Source of the DNA: Blepharisma stoltei ATCC 30299
Taxonomy: Eukaryota > Protista > Ciliophora
Length of the DNA stretch: 64,000 nt
Reading direction: 5' to 3'
NCBI GenBank assembly: GCA_965603825.1
Contig: CBFDEM010000045.1
Span: 496,001 to 560,000, forward strand
The notes under the pieces were generated by a model. The model did not search any database. It was not told the DNA's origin and was given only the letters and a program-made list of their open reading frames with translations. A program made the position numbers and the translations under genes. Below, piece by piece: positions 47,541-59,323 of this stretch. Numbering within the stretch: position 1 is the first letter of the stretch; each line of letters opens with the position of its first letter.

Positions 47541-48761
47541 CTAAGCAGTCTTTAAGAATATGACGATTACTGTAATGTCGTCGTTGTTGCTGTTTCTTTC
47601 ACTCCATCTCTTGTTGGCTTCTTTTAAAAGAGAATCGCATGCTGACTGGGGATACCCAAACTCTCAGCCAACCTTGCAGAGAGAAACTGCTTCTTCGTTA
47701 GACATCACGTCTCACAGCCCATCTGAGGCAAGTATTATGAACTTATCGTCTTTTGTTAATTCAAATTGCCGCATATCAGGGTCAGGGATAACGCCCACTT
47801 CGGTTGCAAATCGATCTCCGATAGATCTTGACATTGCAAGTCCTGGAGTATCTTGGTTGCCAATCCATACTCTTAAAGGCCCTACACTGCTTCCTCGGTG
47901 TGTGTACAGAGTATCAACTCTTCCTCCAAAACTTTCAATTCGCTTCCTTTCAGTCAGGTTATCTGGCTTATGGTCTTTCGACAGCGGAATAGCCACAAAT
48001 CTTTTGTCTGTTTTCCTTCCTAAAACAGCCCGGCTATCTCCAACTGAAGCACAAGTCAAAAGTTTTCCTATAATTAAGACAGACACCAAGGTACTTCCAG
48101 AAAAATCAGTGTTAATATTTTTATTAAGCACCAGCTCCTTGTGCAACTTAATAATACATTTTTTCATGCTCAGAGCTGGGCCTTCTTGAGCTCTGTAGTT
48201 GAGCCTTTTATTTAAAATTTCTGGGAATTTTTCTTTGATTTCAGCAGAGATGATATGGCCATGAAGCCCATGGCCATCACACACCCCATACAAACTTTGT
48301 GACTCCTTGCCTTGGAATTTAGAAAAACAAAAATAGGAATCTTGGTTATGTGACTTGCTCAAAAGGCCGAGGGTCCCTGTTTTCGTTCTGAAATCATAAG
48401 TCTGATGAAAATATTTGAATTCCTTGGCTTCTTCTTCTTTTAAAGGGAAGAGCTTCTGTGTTAAGTGTTTAAGATTTCTTGCTAGAATTTTGTTCCTGTT
48501 CAGAATAAGCGTAGAGTTTGACTTTTTCGGGATTATGGAGGAGAGCGATCTGGCATTAATATTTGACTTTGATGGGATTGTTGAGGCAGCTTTTAAAGTG
48601 CTGATGGATAAATTTTCTCTTCTTTGGGACGATAAACTTGATCTATGATTAATAAACTGATACAATTCGTGGCTGACTGACTTTCTTTGGCTTCCATGAG
48701 CAGGAGGAAAAAATGAAAATTCATTCGACATTTGGGTGTTCATTTTAATAACAGAGGCCAT
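47541..48761 (-). CDS. Protein phosphatase 2C (PPM family)
   Basis: NQD, VCDGHG, SVGDSRA, LAMSRSIGD, ASDGL[W]D, DDITVIV. Confidence 0.95.
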
Positions 48762-48825
48762 TAATTCATAAAGATGCTAAAAATATGCAAATAAATCGTA
48801 TTATGTTAGATGGAATTTATATAAA

Positions 48826-49941
48826 TTAAGAGAAAATCACTAATAGAAGTATTGATAAGGTAAAATAGCTTCCTGAATCATCATTTATCTGATGAGGTGT
48901 TGGCCAGTTAGCAGGATTGAGATTGTTCCAAAGAGCCTGCAATCCCCAGTACTGAGATGTATACATCTTTTGAACACATTTATCATTTCCTTGTATTTTA
49001 GCATACATATTAACCTTTGCATATAAATACATAAAATAAACATAATTTGTTGAGTCCCAAAAGTTTTTTATACAATTAGTGCCAAGCCTTTGCATAGTAT
49101 TGCAAATATAAACCTCCTCTGAAGTAAGCCATTTTTTCAATTGCCCTAGATATTCAACCATAGGCTGATCCCCAGGAAACAAGCTGCAATAGCTTGCTCC
49201 AGCTGAATTTAAGCCGCAAGTACAAGTATTGTGAAAAATAGTGTTAAATTTTGGTTCTGGATTAGAAGCACAGTCAGTTGGTAATTGTGAGCATTGAACA
49301 GGCAGAGTTCCATTTGAAGTTAAAGAAGGCATACAATAGTATTGCTTTCCGTTTTGAAAGCAGGCACCTGACTGGCATAGCAAATTGATATTATTAGTGC
49401 AAGATGCAAGAGGTGAGTAGTCAGGGAATGTAAAATATGTATAGCAAGTTCCAGCTACACGGGTAGTTGAATTGCATCCTGCTCCATTTTCACAATCATA
49501 ATCTGAAGTGCAGCCAGATTGATTTGCAGAGAGCTGGGGTTGGCAAGTGTCAGATGCTGAATTACAATAAAGCCCAGGGTTGCACGTGCTATCATCATCA
49601 CAATCTTCTCCCTTTGCTGAGCCTGAACAAATTCCTGCTTGATTGCAGGGACCTCCATTTATGCAGTCAACACTATAATTGCAAAGTTCACCCACATGCG
49701 ATACTGCAATAGATTGTGTAGGCTGAGTAAAAGAGCATAAATTTGAAGAAGCCGAACAAGTATAGCTGTTATCACATGGTCTTAAATACACATCTGTAGA
49801 GGTGCTGTTAATACACTGGTCCAAAGAAAAGTTTGAGTCATCTTCTGCGCATTGATATACTAAGCAGCCTGAGGCTTCGAGCGACTCTTTATTGATAGCT
49901 GCGAAAATTGGCACTAAAATAAAAATAATCGCCAATCCCAT
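48826..49941 (-). CDS. Cysteine-rich secreted/GPI-anchored surface protein
   Basis: Signal peptide, repeated CxxDxxC..G..C units, hydrophobic C-terminus. Confidence 0.85.
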   Translation of the reverse strand: MGLAIIFILVPIFAAINKESLEASGCLVYQCAEDDSNFSLDQCINSTSTDVYLRPCDNSYTCSASSNLCSFTQPTQSIAVSHVGELCNYSVDCINGGPCNQAGICSGSAKGEDCDDDSTCNPGLYCNSASDTCQPQLSANQSGCTSDYDCENGAGCNSTTRVAGTCYTYFTFPDYSPLASCTNNINLLCQSGACFQNGKQYYCMPSLTSNGTLPVQCSQLPTDCASNPEPKFNTIFHNTCTCGLNSAGASYCSLFPGDQPMVEYLGQLKKWLTSEEVYICNTMQRLGTNCIKNFWDSTNYVYFMYLYAKVNMYAKIQGNDKCVQKMYTSQYWGLQALWNNLNPANWPTPHQINDDSGSYFTLSILLLVIFS

Positions 49942-50019
49942 TATGATTCTTTTATTGCGACAAAAAAACTATTTTCTATTAATAAATTCTTAGCTATTAG
50001 CCAGTTTTTTAATAATAAA

Positions 50020-51609
50020 ATGCTACCTTTACGAAGGTCTGCCACCTTAAAACAAGGGGAATTAGAAAAAATAACCAATAACTCATCAAGTGCTATAACA
50101 ATTTCAATCAGTGATCCTTTTGGAGATGCGAACTCAATCCCTAAAAAAGTGAGCACTGTTTTCCCACAATTAGACGTATCGAAGTTAAAAATCAGGACAA
50201 GATGGAATTCGATAATAACAGCAATATTGAATGTATTGATAATTCTTCTATTGTATAAAGAAAATGAAGAGTTTAATTCCAATCAACACAAATCAAATAT
50301 TTCTGAAAATTTGCTGAGGATCTTCATTATATTCCTTAGCGCAATTTCTATCAGTTTAGTCATACAATATTGATCAATTAAGCTTTATCAGAAAAAAGCA
50401 TATAGAGAATGCCATGTCAGCAGTGGCTTCTGAGAATATCCTAAAATAAGAAATTGAATGTTGCTTGAAATAATATTTTGCTGCATAAACGTCCCACCAT
50501 ACTGTGACTGAACCTTCACTTTTAAGCAGCTCAACACATCATCAATAATGTCAGCTGATGATATTATAGTTTCTTTATCCTTTATAAGACTCTACTTCGT
50601 TTTTAAAATGATGTATGAGTGCTCAACCTATAGCTCAAGGAGAGCTGAATATGTGTGCAACATGGAAAACGTCAAAGATATTATGGCTTTTTCTTTAAAA
50701 AGCATACTAACAATCCAAACATACTTTTCGATCTTATTCCTATTGGCCTTGCTTATGATTTCTGGAGGTGCTCTGTTAAGAATCTTTGAAAGGAGCATTT
50801 CCAATACAAAATTTGACTATATATGAAATGGGTTCTTCACAGTCGCTGCAACTGCATTAACCATTGGATATGGTGACTCCGTTCCAACAACTCATTTAGG
50901 TCGCTTTATATGTGTAATTGCAAGTATATTTGGCATTTTTTCAGTTTCTTATACTGTATGGGCAGTACAGAACAGCATAGCTTTCAATCACAGCGAATTC
51001 CAAATCTATGACGCCATGGTATTCAAGAAAAACATAAAGAAAAAGTTGGAACCAATAGCATCGATTCTTCTGCAAAGATGGTGAATTCTTCTTCAAAAGC
51101 GAAAACAAAGCCAGCCTCGTCTCCAAGTCTTAAACGAGTTTTACTGCCAGTTCTATAGATTTAAGCTCTTGAAAAACCAAATGAAAGGCGACGTCAATAA
51201 AACGCTTTCAGAAAACATCAATGACTTTGCAAGCAAATTAAATATTTGCATGCCAAAAATATTTAACCACTTGGAGCCAGGGCAAAAAGTGCTGGAAATT
51301 GCTGTGGAAATGACCAACAACCAGCTATTTATCGCAGAAAAGTTAAAACGAATACAGAATGGCACCCGGAGTTTAAAGAAGCAGATTGGAGAAATCACAA
51401 ATAGTAGCATCAATGATTATGCACATCGGAGGTACTCGGATAAAACGGGAAAGCGTGCTACTCTTGTTGAGATGAAAAAAGCTCAATGCCGCGCACTAAA
51501 GAAACTTATGAATCGCAGGACAAGCGACTCCTCTATTAATTCTGAGCTTTCTTCGCCTCGGTTTAGGGCTGACTCGATTGCTGATAGTGATGCCGCCTCT
51601 GATCAGTAG
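50020..51609 (+). CDS. SK-like Ca2+-activated potassium channel
   Basis: LRIFER; pore [W]NGFFTVAATALTIGYGDSVPTTHLGR; ASILLQRW[W] CaM-binding-like helix; 6 TGA=Trp. Confidence 0.9.
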
Positions 51610-51700
51610 ATTCAAGAGCAAGTAAAAGAGGCATTGAGCTTTATGTGATATAATATATTTGTAGTATGGTATAAAATAGATAATAAAGAGATTTAAAAAG

Positions 51701-51774
51701 TGGTCCCAGTGAGGATCGAACTCACGACCTCTGCGTTATTAGCACAGCGCTCTAACCAGCTGAGCTATGGGACC
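51701..51774 (-). tRNA. tRNA-Ile(AAT)
   Basis: GGTCCCATAGCTCAGCTGGTTAGAGCGCTGTGCTAATAACGCAGAGGTCGTGAGTTCGATCCTCACTGGGACCA folds as a cloverleaf; T5 terminator follows. Confidence 0.97.
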
Positions 51775-52783
51775 TACAGGCTCTAGCATGATTGTTTGCA
51801 ATTTATTCCAAAAATTAGCGATTGAGCAAAACTCTTAATCCTCGGTAAATATTTTAAAATTCAATAAATGAATTTAATTTATAGCTTTAATAATTTATTC
51901 ACTAATACTAATTTTTTAACGATATACTTGCCAGACCTTTTGATCTTTTATTATTTGAATTAATAATCAATTAATTGTAACAGTTTTTTTAAGCAATTCC
52001 ATATTTAGTAAAATAAAATTTAAGAAACTTTACATTATCGATAGCAGAGAGTCTTCATCAATCTTGACTTTTTAAGAGCTAGAAAGATAAATACACTTTC
52101 AGAAGCTTTTGAAGACATTAAAACAAAAGCCAGTAGCAATTAAATAGCTCTATCCTCCTATGCTGAAATAAATAATGATGGAAAATCAGTGATATGATAA
52201 GCTCCTATTTTCATGAGAAAAAATTAGCTTACAAAAGATCTTAATAATAAATACCAAAGAAAATTAATGAATTGCAACATCTTAATTGAACTCAATCAAT
52301 GCAGTAGTAGCCAAGTCTTCTAAAATTTTGGAAAATAATTTTCTTATAAACTAAGGCTCAGGTTTATTAAAGACAGTTATTATAAAGAAGAAATCATTGA
52401 GTTTATAAGAGATTTTCTATGAAGAATTCATAAGAGAAAAGTGAAAATTGTATGATCTAAATAGAAATTTAGAGAGCAAAACATGAAATTGTGGAAAAAT
52501 GTTTTAATTCAAATAAAAAATAAAATAAACCAAGGGAATTAAATTTTAATGCTATAATTCAAAAAATTATTTTCAATTCTAAAAAAGAAAATTATGAAGC
52601 AAATTGATGATCTATAATTATTCATTTAATCCCCATGCTTATTGTAGTAAAAAAAAATTTAATTCGAATAAAAGCAGCCTCAGCAACTAGACTCCTCAAA
52701 GAATTAAGTGCTTTGCATAAAACTAAAAATTTAACTCAAACCAGTTTTTCAACGACAATCTCTAAATAATTAATATATTAGAA

Positions 52784-54145
52784 ATGTATTTAAATAACTC
52801 AAGTCCAGTGAAGATCACAATATTTCTCAATGGCAACCTGAAAAAGAAATGCCAGCTCACAATACAGAAAAGTTCAACGATGTCAGAAATCCTTTCGGAT
52901 TGTAAAGATAAGCTTAGCATTGACAAGCACACAAAATGCAGGCTTTATGACTCCAATGGAGGACAGCTTTCCGACGACGACCTTGAATATATCAACCCTG
53001 ATGAGCCACTTTTCCTTTCCAAAGGTGAAAAATTCTCAAAAAGTTCTTCACTGGCAATTTATGAAGAAATCAAACAGCTTGGGAAGGGTGGCTTTGGGTC
53101 AGTTTTTCTTTATAGAAATAGAATAACCAAGCAAGAAGTCGCCTTAAAGTTCGTCGAACTGAAAACGATTCTGTCTCCAGAAGACGTAAATAGAGTGTTC
53201 ACTGAAATTGGGGTTTTAAGGAATCTAAAACACCCGAACATTGTGAAGCTTATTGACGCCTTCGATCTGCATGATAAAGTTTGCTTTGTGATGGAGTACT
53301 GCAGGGGTGGAGAGCTCAAGCAATATCTTGAAGAAAAAGGTCCGCTTTCGGAGAGGGAAGCTTTTTTAATTGCTTGTCAAATTTCTGACGCAATAAGATA
53401 TTGCCACAATTCAAGAGTTGTCCATAGAGACCTAAAACTAGAGAATATTTTATTTGCAACAGAAGAGAAAGAACAGATAAAGATCGTAGATTTTGGGATA
53501 TCAGGGATGTTTGCCCTTGGAGGAGAAGGGGATGCTAGTGATGCAGGATCACTGCTATATATAGCTCCTGAAGTGCTATCTGGTAAAGACAATCGGACAA
53601 ATCCAGCTTTAGATATCTGGAGTCTGGGCTGCATTTTCTACTCACTGCTCACCAAAAATCTGCCATTTTCAGGGGAGACCCAAAGAGAAGTAATCAATCG
53701 GATACTTACTTGCCAATATCCGCCATTGCCACAAACCATATCAAAAAGCTGGCATAAGCTAATTAAAGGAATGATAAGGGTGAAGCCAAGTAAAAGATGG
53801 GGAATGCTGAGGATAAGTGAGCATTTATATAAATACAGGAACAATCCTGATGCTGAGGTAAGTTCTGATTCTGAAGAAGAAACTTTTGAAGAGAAAAAAA
53901 TTGTGCTGAAGAAGAAGCCGCCAAGCAGAAGTTACCCAAAATTGGTGTTCGCAGATAAGCAGAAAAGGTATAAAACGCCAATCCTTCGTCCAGTTGAGTA
54001 AGAGATATGTAGAATTCCTAGAGGAAAAAAATCCAATTCAATAACACCTGGGCCCAGAAGGCAAAGCCCTGCACCTCAAAATAAGGTTGCAAACCAAGCT
54101 CCAGTGCTGATTCAAAGAAAATCTATATTAAGAAAGCCAGCATAA
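52784..54145 (+). CDS. CAMK/AMPK-related Ser/Thr kinase with N-terminal KHA/DCX-like domain, one 15-nt intron
   Basis: GKGGFG, VALK, HRDLKLEN, DFG, APE, DIWSLG; intron 53998-54012 extends the ORF to TAA 54143-54145. Confidence 0.92.
53998..54012 (+). other. 15-nt spliceosomal intron
   Basis: GTAAGAGATATGTAG, A at position 10; contains the apparent stop. Confidence 0.8.
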
Positions 54146-54394
54146 ACTCAAATTTTAAAATTGTTGTAATGCTAGTCATTGTCTTTTAAAAGTCTCTGTC
54201 GATAAGTATGCTAATATTTATTTGTCTCTTAGAATTTATCTTTAATAGTCTGTTAGCAGTTTCAACGCCAACTTATATGATGTTTGCTTAGGAATGAGCT
54301 AGATATGATCTAAGGAAAATACTCCCTATCAAGAATTCTTCCAGTATTTCTTATGCTATCATAATTTAGGAAAAAATCGAATTATGTATGAGTA

Positions 54395-54802
54395 TTATCC
54401 AGACAGATCTTGAAGGAAATCAAAAATGTCTGTTTTATTTATGCAAGCTTCGATGTCGTTCCTTTGTAAAGTCCTTCGCTTCGCTTCTTCTGTATATGCC
54501 CAAGATCGATGAGTAAGTTCTATGATAAAAAACTCGCACGCCTTTGCAAACACAGCAGGGGATTCAGCGCTGATCATCCTGACGTCTTCGTCTGATTTCA
54601 TGATCTTTTTGACTCTTGCGAGCGGAAGCTGATGGACTTTGAAATCTTGGCTATCCATGTGCTCGATTTCGACCTTTTGGATGTGTAAAAGCTTGTCCAA
54701 GCTTGCAGTTTGGTCCCTGCTTATGGTGTTGTCTAAGTGGTCACCTAAATCAGGAGGCAGCATATAAACTCCCATCATTTGAGTTTCTCTATTAGGCTCC
54801 AT
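54395..54802 (-). CDS. NFYC: Nuclear transcription factor Y subunit C (HAP5)
   Basis: HQLPLARVKKIMKSDEDVRMISAESPAVFAKACEFFIIELT...RRTLQRNDI...DIFDFL. Confidence 0.95.
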   Translation of the reverse strand: MEPNRETQMMGVYMLPPDLGDHLDNTISRDQTASLDKLLHIQKVEIEHMDSQDFKVHQLPLARVKKIMKSDEDVRMISAESPAVFAKACEFFIIELTHRSWAYTEEAKRRTLQRNDIEACINKTDIFDFLQDLSG

Positions 54803-55397
54803 TTTATTATTATAGCGACATGGAAAAAAGGATTTTAGATCACTTTGCGTGCTGCTTGATTTTACTGGTAATGAAAAAATTGATAAAACTAAGAGTAATT
54901 CATTTATTTAATAATTTTGATATATTTAAAGAGATAAATGGCCTTAATAGTAAAATTTTAATATAATAAATTTTAATATTGTATAAGGAGAGTGTGAGCC
55001 AACTTGCCATGCTCATTGCTTTACTCATGCATTTTCGGCTATTAATCTGATTTTCTATTTATCAAAATTAACTTATTGTTTAAAATCCAGCAGCTTTTTA
55101 CAGAAAGCTTGCAAGATTAATGGAACAATTTTTATTAAAATCCCCTGTCTTAAAGCGTTTTATAATTGGATTTTATGGGTTTTTCCAACCTATTGGCTTT
55201 ATTGAGTTAAAAGGGCAAGTAAGCCGAAAAACTTACTTTATCTAAGTAGGCTGGCTAGAGATTTCCAGCAGATCTTTCACTGGGTCGCTGGTACTATTTT
55301 AAAAAAAATTACTACAATATTAAGTTAATCATAATTTAAGAGTCAAAATGAGCTAATTGCCATTTATTTATTCATAAAGTCTCTACAAAGAGCAAAC

Positions 55398-55787
55398 CTA
55401 GCCCTTCATATTTCTCAGTCTCCACTTCAATAAGAAATTCAATAACCGGCGCTTTGTTTCTATTTTAATCATCTCTTCTTTTTTTTTGTCATTTCTCTTC
55501 TTTACCTTTTTCAGGTAAAAATAACGATATTGGACTTGTTCGAGTTTCATCCCAGGAAGTTCGATCATTACTCTGCTTCACTTGATCCGCCCATTGACTT
55601 TATTTTTCTCAACAATTTTGCACATGGCTTGGGTTTGACTTTTGCTCCAATGCCTGCCTTTTCGAATGCTCCAATCTTCTACGCTGAGCATGCAGTCCAC
55701 GTTATTATCATAAGTACATTGGGAATTTTCTTCTTTAAATTCCTCAAGCTTTAGGTCTTCGCTTTCTCGAGTTATTTCTACTTTCAT
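55398..55787 (-). CDS. Myb/SANT-domain ORF (possibly the 3' part of a disrupted gene extending to ~56405)
   Basis: GRHWSKSQ...RIK[W]SRVMIELPGMKLEQVQYRYFYL; 129 aa with TGA=Trp. Confidence 0.55.
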
Positions 55788-56677
55788 CTGTTATTGTAGG
55801 TATTGAGATAAGATCTCTAATATATTCAGGCATTTTTGAGAGACCAATATTCAGAATTTTTCTTTCTTCAAAACTTCGATTATTTTTGAGATTTACGGAA
55901 GCCGCTTTTAAAAATGTAGGGATTGTGTAGCTTGACTTGAAAAGCAGATCAGTAAAAATTTGAATTGAGGATTGAAAATCATGAGCCCAAAAATATCTTG
56001 AGAAGATGCTAATCTAAAATTTGGGGATTAATATTCCCAATACCCAAAAACTTTCCTTTGAAGTGCTTAGTTTACGAAAGCAGGTAATTGAATTGTTCCG
56101 AATCATTAGATCAATGATAATATCATTCAGATGAGAAAGCACGAGCATGCATTTTTGCTGTTGATGGTCATTTTGTACATTTTTGATTTGGCTGCAAAGA
56201 TAATAGATTAACCCCCGAATCAATTCCGATAGTGAGAAATCTGATTCTTGGATTGAAAGCATCAAGTAATCTCAAACTTGATGAAAACTAAGCTACTTTA
56301 GCCACAAGAAAGCAAAGGGAGGTTGCCTTTACCCTATCGAAGAGATTTGTTTTTCTTGTGTGTATGACTGCTTTGAGTTATAAATGTATGATTAGCGTTT
56401 CCCATAAGCTGAGTTTTAAATTTAAAAATGCGTAACTTTAAAATTGAAGACAGTTTAAAATTTATCCCTAAATCCAGGATATAAAATACCATTAGAATTT
56501 TTATTAATTATTTTATATAAAACTAATAAAAATTTACTTTCAAAAAAATTATTGAGAAAATAGCTTTTGTTTCTCTAATTATCAGAATTATGATTGCTGC
56601 AGTAGATATGAAAGGCGACTAATCTCAATTAATTGTATTTATCTTAAAAATTAAGAAAACCATAAATGCATTAATAT

Positions 56678-57166
56678 ATGTCTGATAAAGCAGATGAACT
56701 TCTTAATTCAGCTTTGCAAGAGTTCCAAGACCCAGAGGAAGAAAAATCAGGAATTCATGAGAAAACGATCAGAGAAGAGATGGTTGAGTTTGAGGAAAGG
56801 ATCAACGATGACCCTGAAATAGAAGCCATGTTCAATGAACTAGCAGAGGAACTTGAATCTAACTCAGAAATCCGCAAAACTATTGAAAAGGTTGGCCAAG
56901 ACTTATTTAAAAAAGGTGTTTTAAAGGAATCCATGATCGATATTCGTGGAAGGCTAAGTGAGTACATCCAAAGAAATCGGCACACTATCCCTAAAAAGGA
57001 ATTATCAAGATTTGAGATACAGCTAAGCACATATAATGAAATTTGTGAAGCCATCCAAGAAAATAATGAAAAAAGCGCGATGGAACTGATTTCGAAGCTG
57101 AGCTTGTATGGAGAGTTGCCTGAAGAGCTGACTTTGAGCAGCAGAGTCGAATGCGTTATTACTTAA
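56678..57166 (+). CDS. PEX19: Peroxisomal biogenesis factor 19-like
   Basis: N-terminal DELLNSALQEF; C-domain ELSRFEIQ...IC...YGELPEEL; CaaX end CVIT. Confidence 0.75.
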   Translation: MSDKADELLNSALQEFQDPEEEKSGIHEKTIREEMVEFEERINDDPEIEAMFNELAEELESNSEIRKTIEKVGQDLFKKGVLKESMIDIRGRLSEYIQRNRHTIPKKELSRFEIQLSTYNEICEAIQENNEKSAMELISKLSLYGELPEELTLSSRVECVIT

Positions 57167-57975
57167 GCTTTTTTTGTTAAATTTTACTTGATTACCATAC
57201 TCTAAGCCCATAAAATATGAGAATATTATATGTATTAATTTTTCCTTTTTAATTAATTAAAAAATATTTTCTTTATAAAGAGCTCCATTAATTTTGATGA
57301 ATATTTTCCATTAACCTTCTAAAATAAAACAGATTTTTGCTATCAATTAATTCAACAATACTATCATTGAACATTTATGGCCCTGGGACGTGATTTGCCA
57401 AAAATGCCATGCTACTCCTTTATATCTGTACAGTTTAGAAATATCTACCGATATAAAGCTCATTTCTAATTTATAATTAAAAATTCTCAATAAAAAAACT
57501 GCTCTTTTACTGATTTAATGCTATTCGAGGCTAGCTCTTATGCACATAATTTGCATTATTAAGAGTAAAGTCTTTATTTAATTATCGATTAAATATCAAA
57601 GTGTTATAAGCAATACAATCTAATTATAACTTTGAATTTTAAAACTCTCCCAAAAAATCAGTAGGATCTATTTCATTCTGTCGTTGTGATCGGCCTGAAA
57701 ATGTTTGGCTCGTAGAGTCCATATGATCAGTCGGTTGGGAACGACCAGCAGAAATACTGCTAGAATCAACTACATCTCATATATCTTGTATATGAGCTTC
57801 TGCATCAATTTCATGATACCTTTGGGGTCTCTTTCTTCGGTCTTGTCCATGTGCTCTTCTAGGGTCCATTTCTTAAATTTTATTGGAATTTTTTATCCTA
57901 AAAATTATTATAATTTAACGATAAACTGTAAACCTCGACTCCTCCAAATATATTAAATAAAGATTTTAAGTCTAT

Positions 57976-59049
57976 TTACTTGGTGCTCAAGTACATACCT
58001 ATTGCTAAGAAGTCGAATTTAAAAGGCTGCCTTTCATAAGGCTTTTCCTCATCCAGAAAACTGTTGTAGCGATCAGATTCTGGCAGCCTTGGGCTACTGA
58101 AAGAGTCTTTGATATTTATATATCTTGTATTCTTTCGTGCTTTGGACCTTGGAGTGCCTAGAAGTGATCCATGCCTCGAGCACGGGATACTTAAAAAGTG
58201 TTTCCCTTTTCTTGATTTTGATGAAATCAAGGTGAGTGATGGAGGATCTAGTCAGGCTGAAAGCAGCTCTTTGCCATCAAGAGTATACAAGTTTTCAAGA
58301 TGTTCAGTCACTTGGGACAGGAGTTTCTCACACTGAGTGATGTTTCTATCATATTTGTCAAGGCAGGCGTTATGAAACCTCGTCATGCTATAAATCCACT
58401 GCCCAGTTATCTTGACTTCTCCGCTGCTTATTCCTTCAGGCCCTTCCAAATCATACCACCTGCAATGGACTTGTTGGTCTTCATAAGTCTCAAGCTCGAT
58501 AACAAAAGAACCTATAAGTTCTGGGTTTGAGTCGTCATCCCACAGCTCGAACTCAATCAAATGGCTTTTTGAGGTCACTGGGATTGAGACTTTTTCGTTC
58601 CAAACTGGTTCAGCAGAATCAACAATCAGCTGTGACTGAAAAAATAGTTCGTCATCACTTTTTACAGTAAAAAATGAATCTGCTGTGTTATTCGTGTTCA
58701 TTGCAGGGAGGTCGCGAGCTTCTTCAACGATAAACTCGAATTTGCTTCCATCCATGATGCCATTATAACCGTATTCATCTCTGTCACCTTGGCTCTGCAG
58801 GTGTTTTCTTGTTTTACTTTTGTATTGGCTTATTTGATAAATTAAATAGTCCTCTTGGTCTTTCAAACGCAAAAGTTCAGCATCAAATGCATCAATGAAG
58901 TCATCTTTGTTGATAGTTGAAGGAAGCATGTCAGTATTCACATCGCGGCCTAAGTACTTCTTTATTGTTCTAGCAGTGATCATTTGCCCGCCTTCGCTTA
59001 TGTGATGGAAAATTCGTGAAAGCTCTTTAGTTCTTCCAGGAGTCGTCAT
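57976..59049 (-). CDS. C2-domain protein
   Basis: EARDLPAMNTNNTADSF...EPVWNE...FELWDDD...WYDL; one TGA=Trp. Confidence 0.85.
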
Positions 59050-59323
59050 ATTGATATGCAAAATTCAAACCAAAAAATCAAGAAATATTTTTGGTTTAAT
59101 TAGAGAATTTGAAGAGAATTAAGGCATGTTATAAGAGAAATAGAATTATAAGGAGAAATGCTCAGGAAATGACATTTGGGCTTGCTCAGAGTTTTTAATA
59201 AATAAATTAATATTGGAGATCTATTCTGCATGCCTGTTGATATTTATTAAAGCAGCAAAATTCTAGCCATCATTTTTTCTGATCCAATGATGAATTCTGG
59301 TCAATTTGAATTAAAAATTAAAA

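Noticed and set aside
47560-48189. 209-aa plus-strand ORF
   Set aside because: Antisense shadow of PP2C with no motifs; the same applies to the many short overlapping ORFs in the track
52020-52700. Purine-rich stretch resembling a decayed coiled-coil gene
   Set aside because: No recognisable motif and frequent stops; cannot support a call
57640-57900. Minus-strand ~69-aa ORF (MDKTEERDPKGIMKLMQKLIQDI[W]...)
   Set aside because: Coding-like but short and without homology; could be a microgene or relic, insufficient evidence
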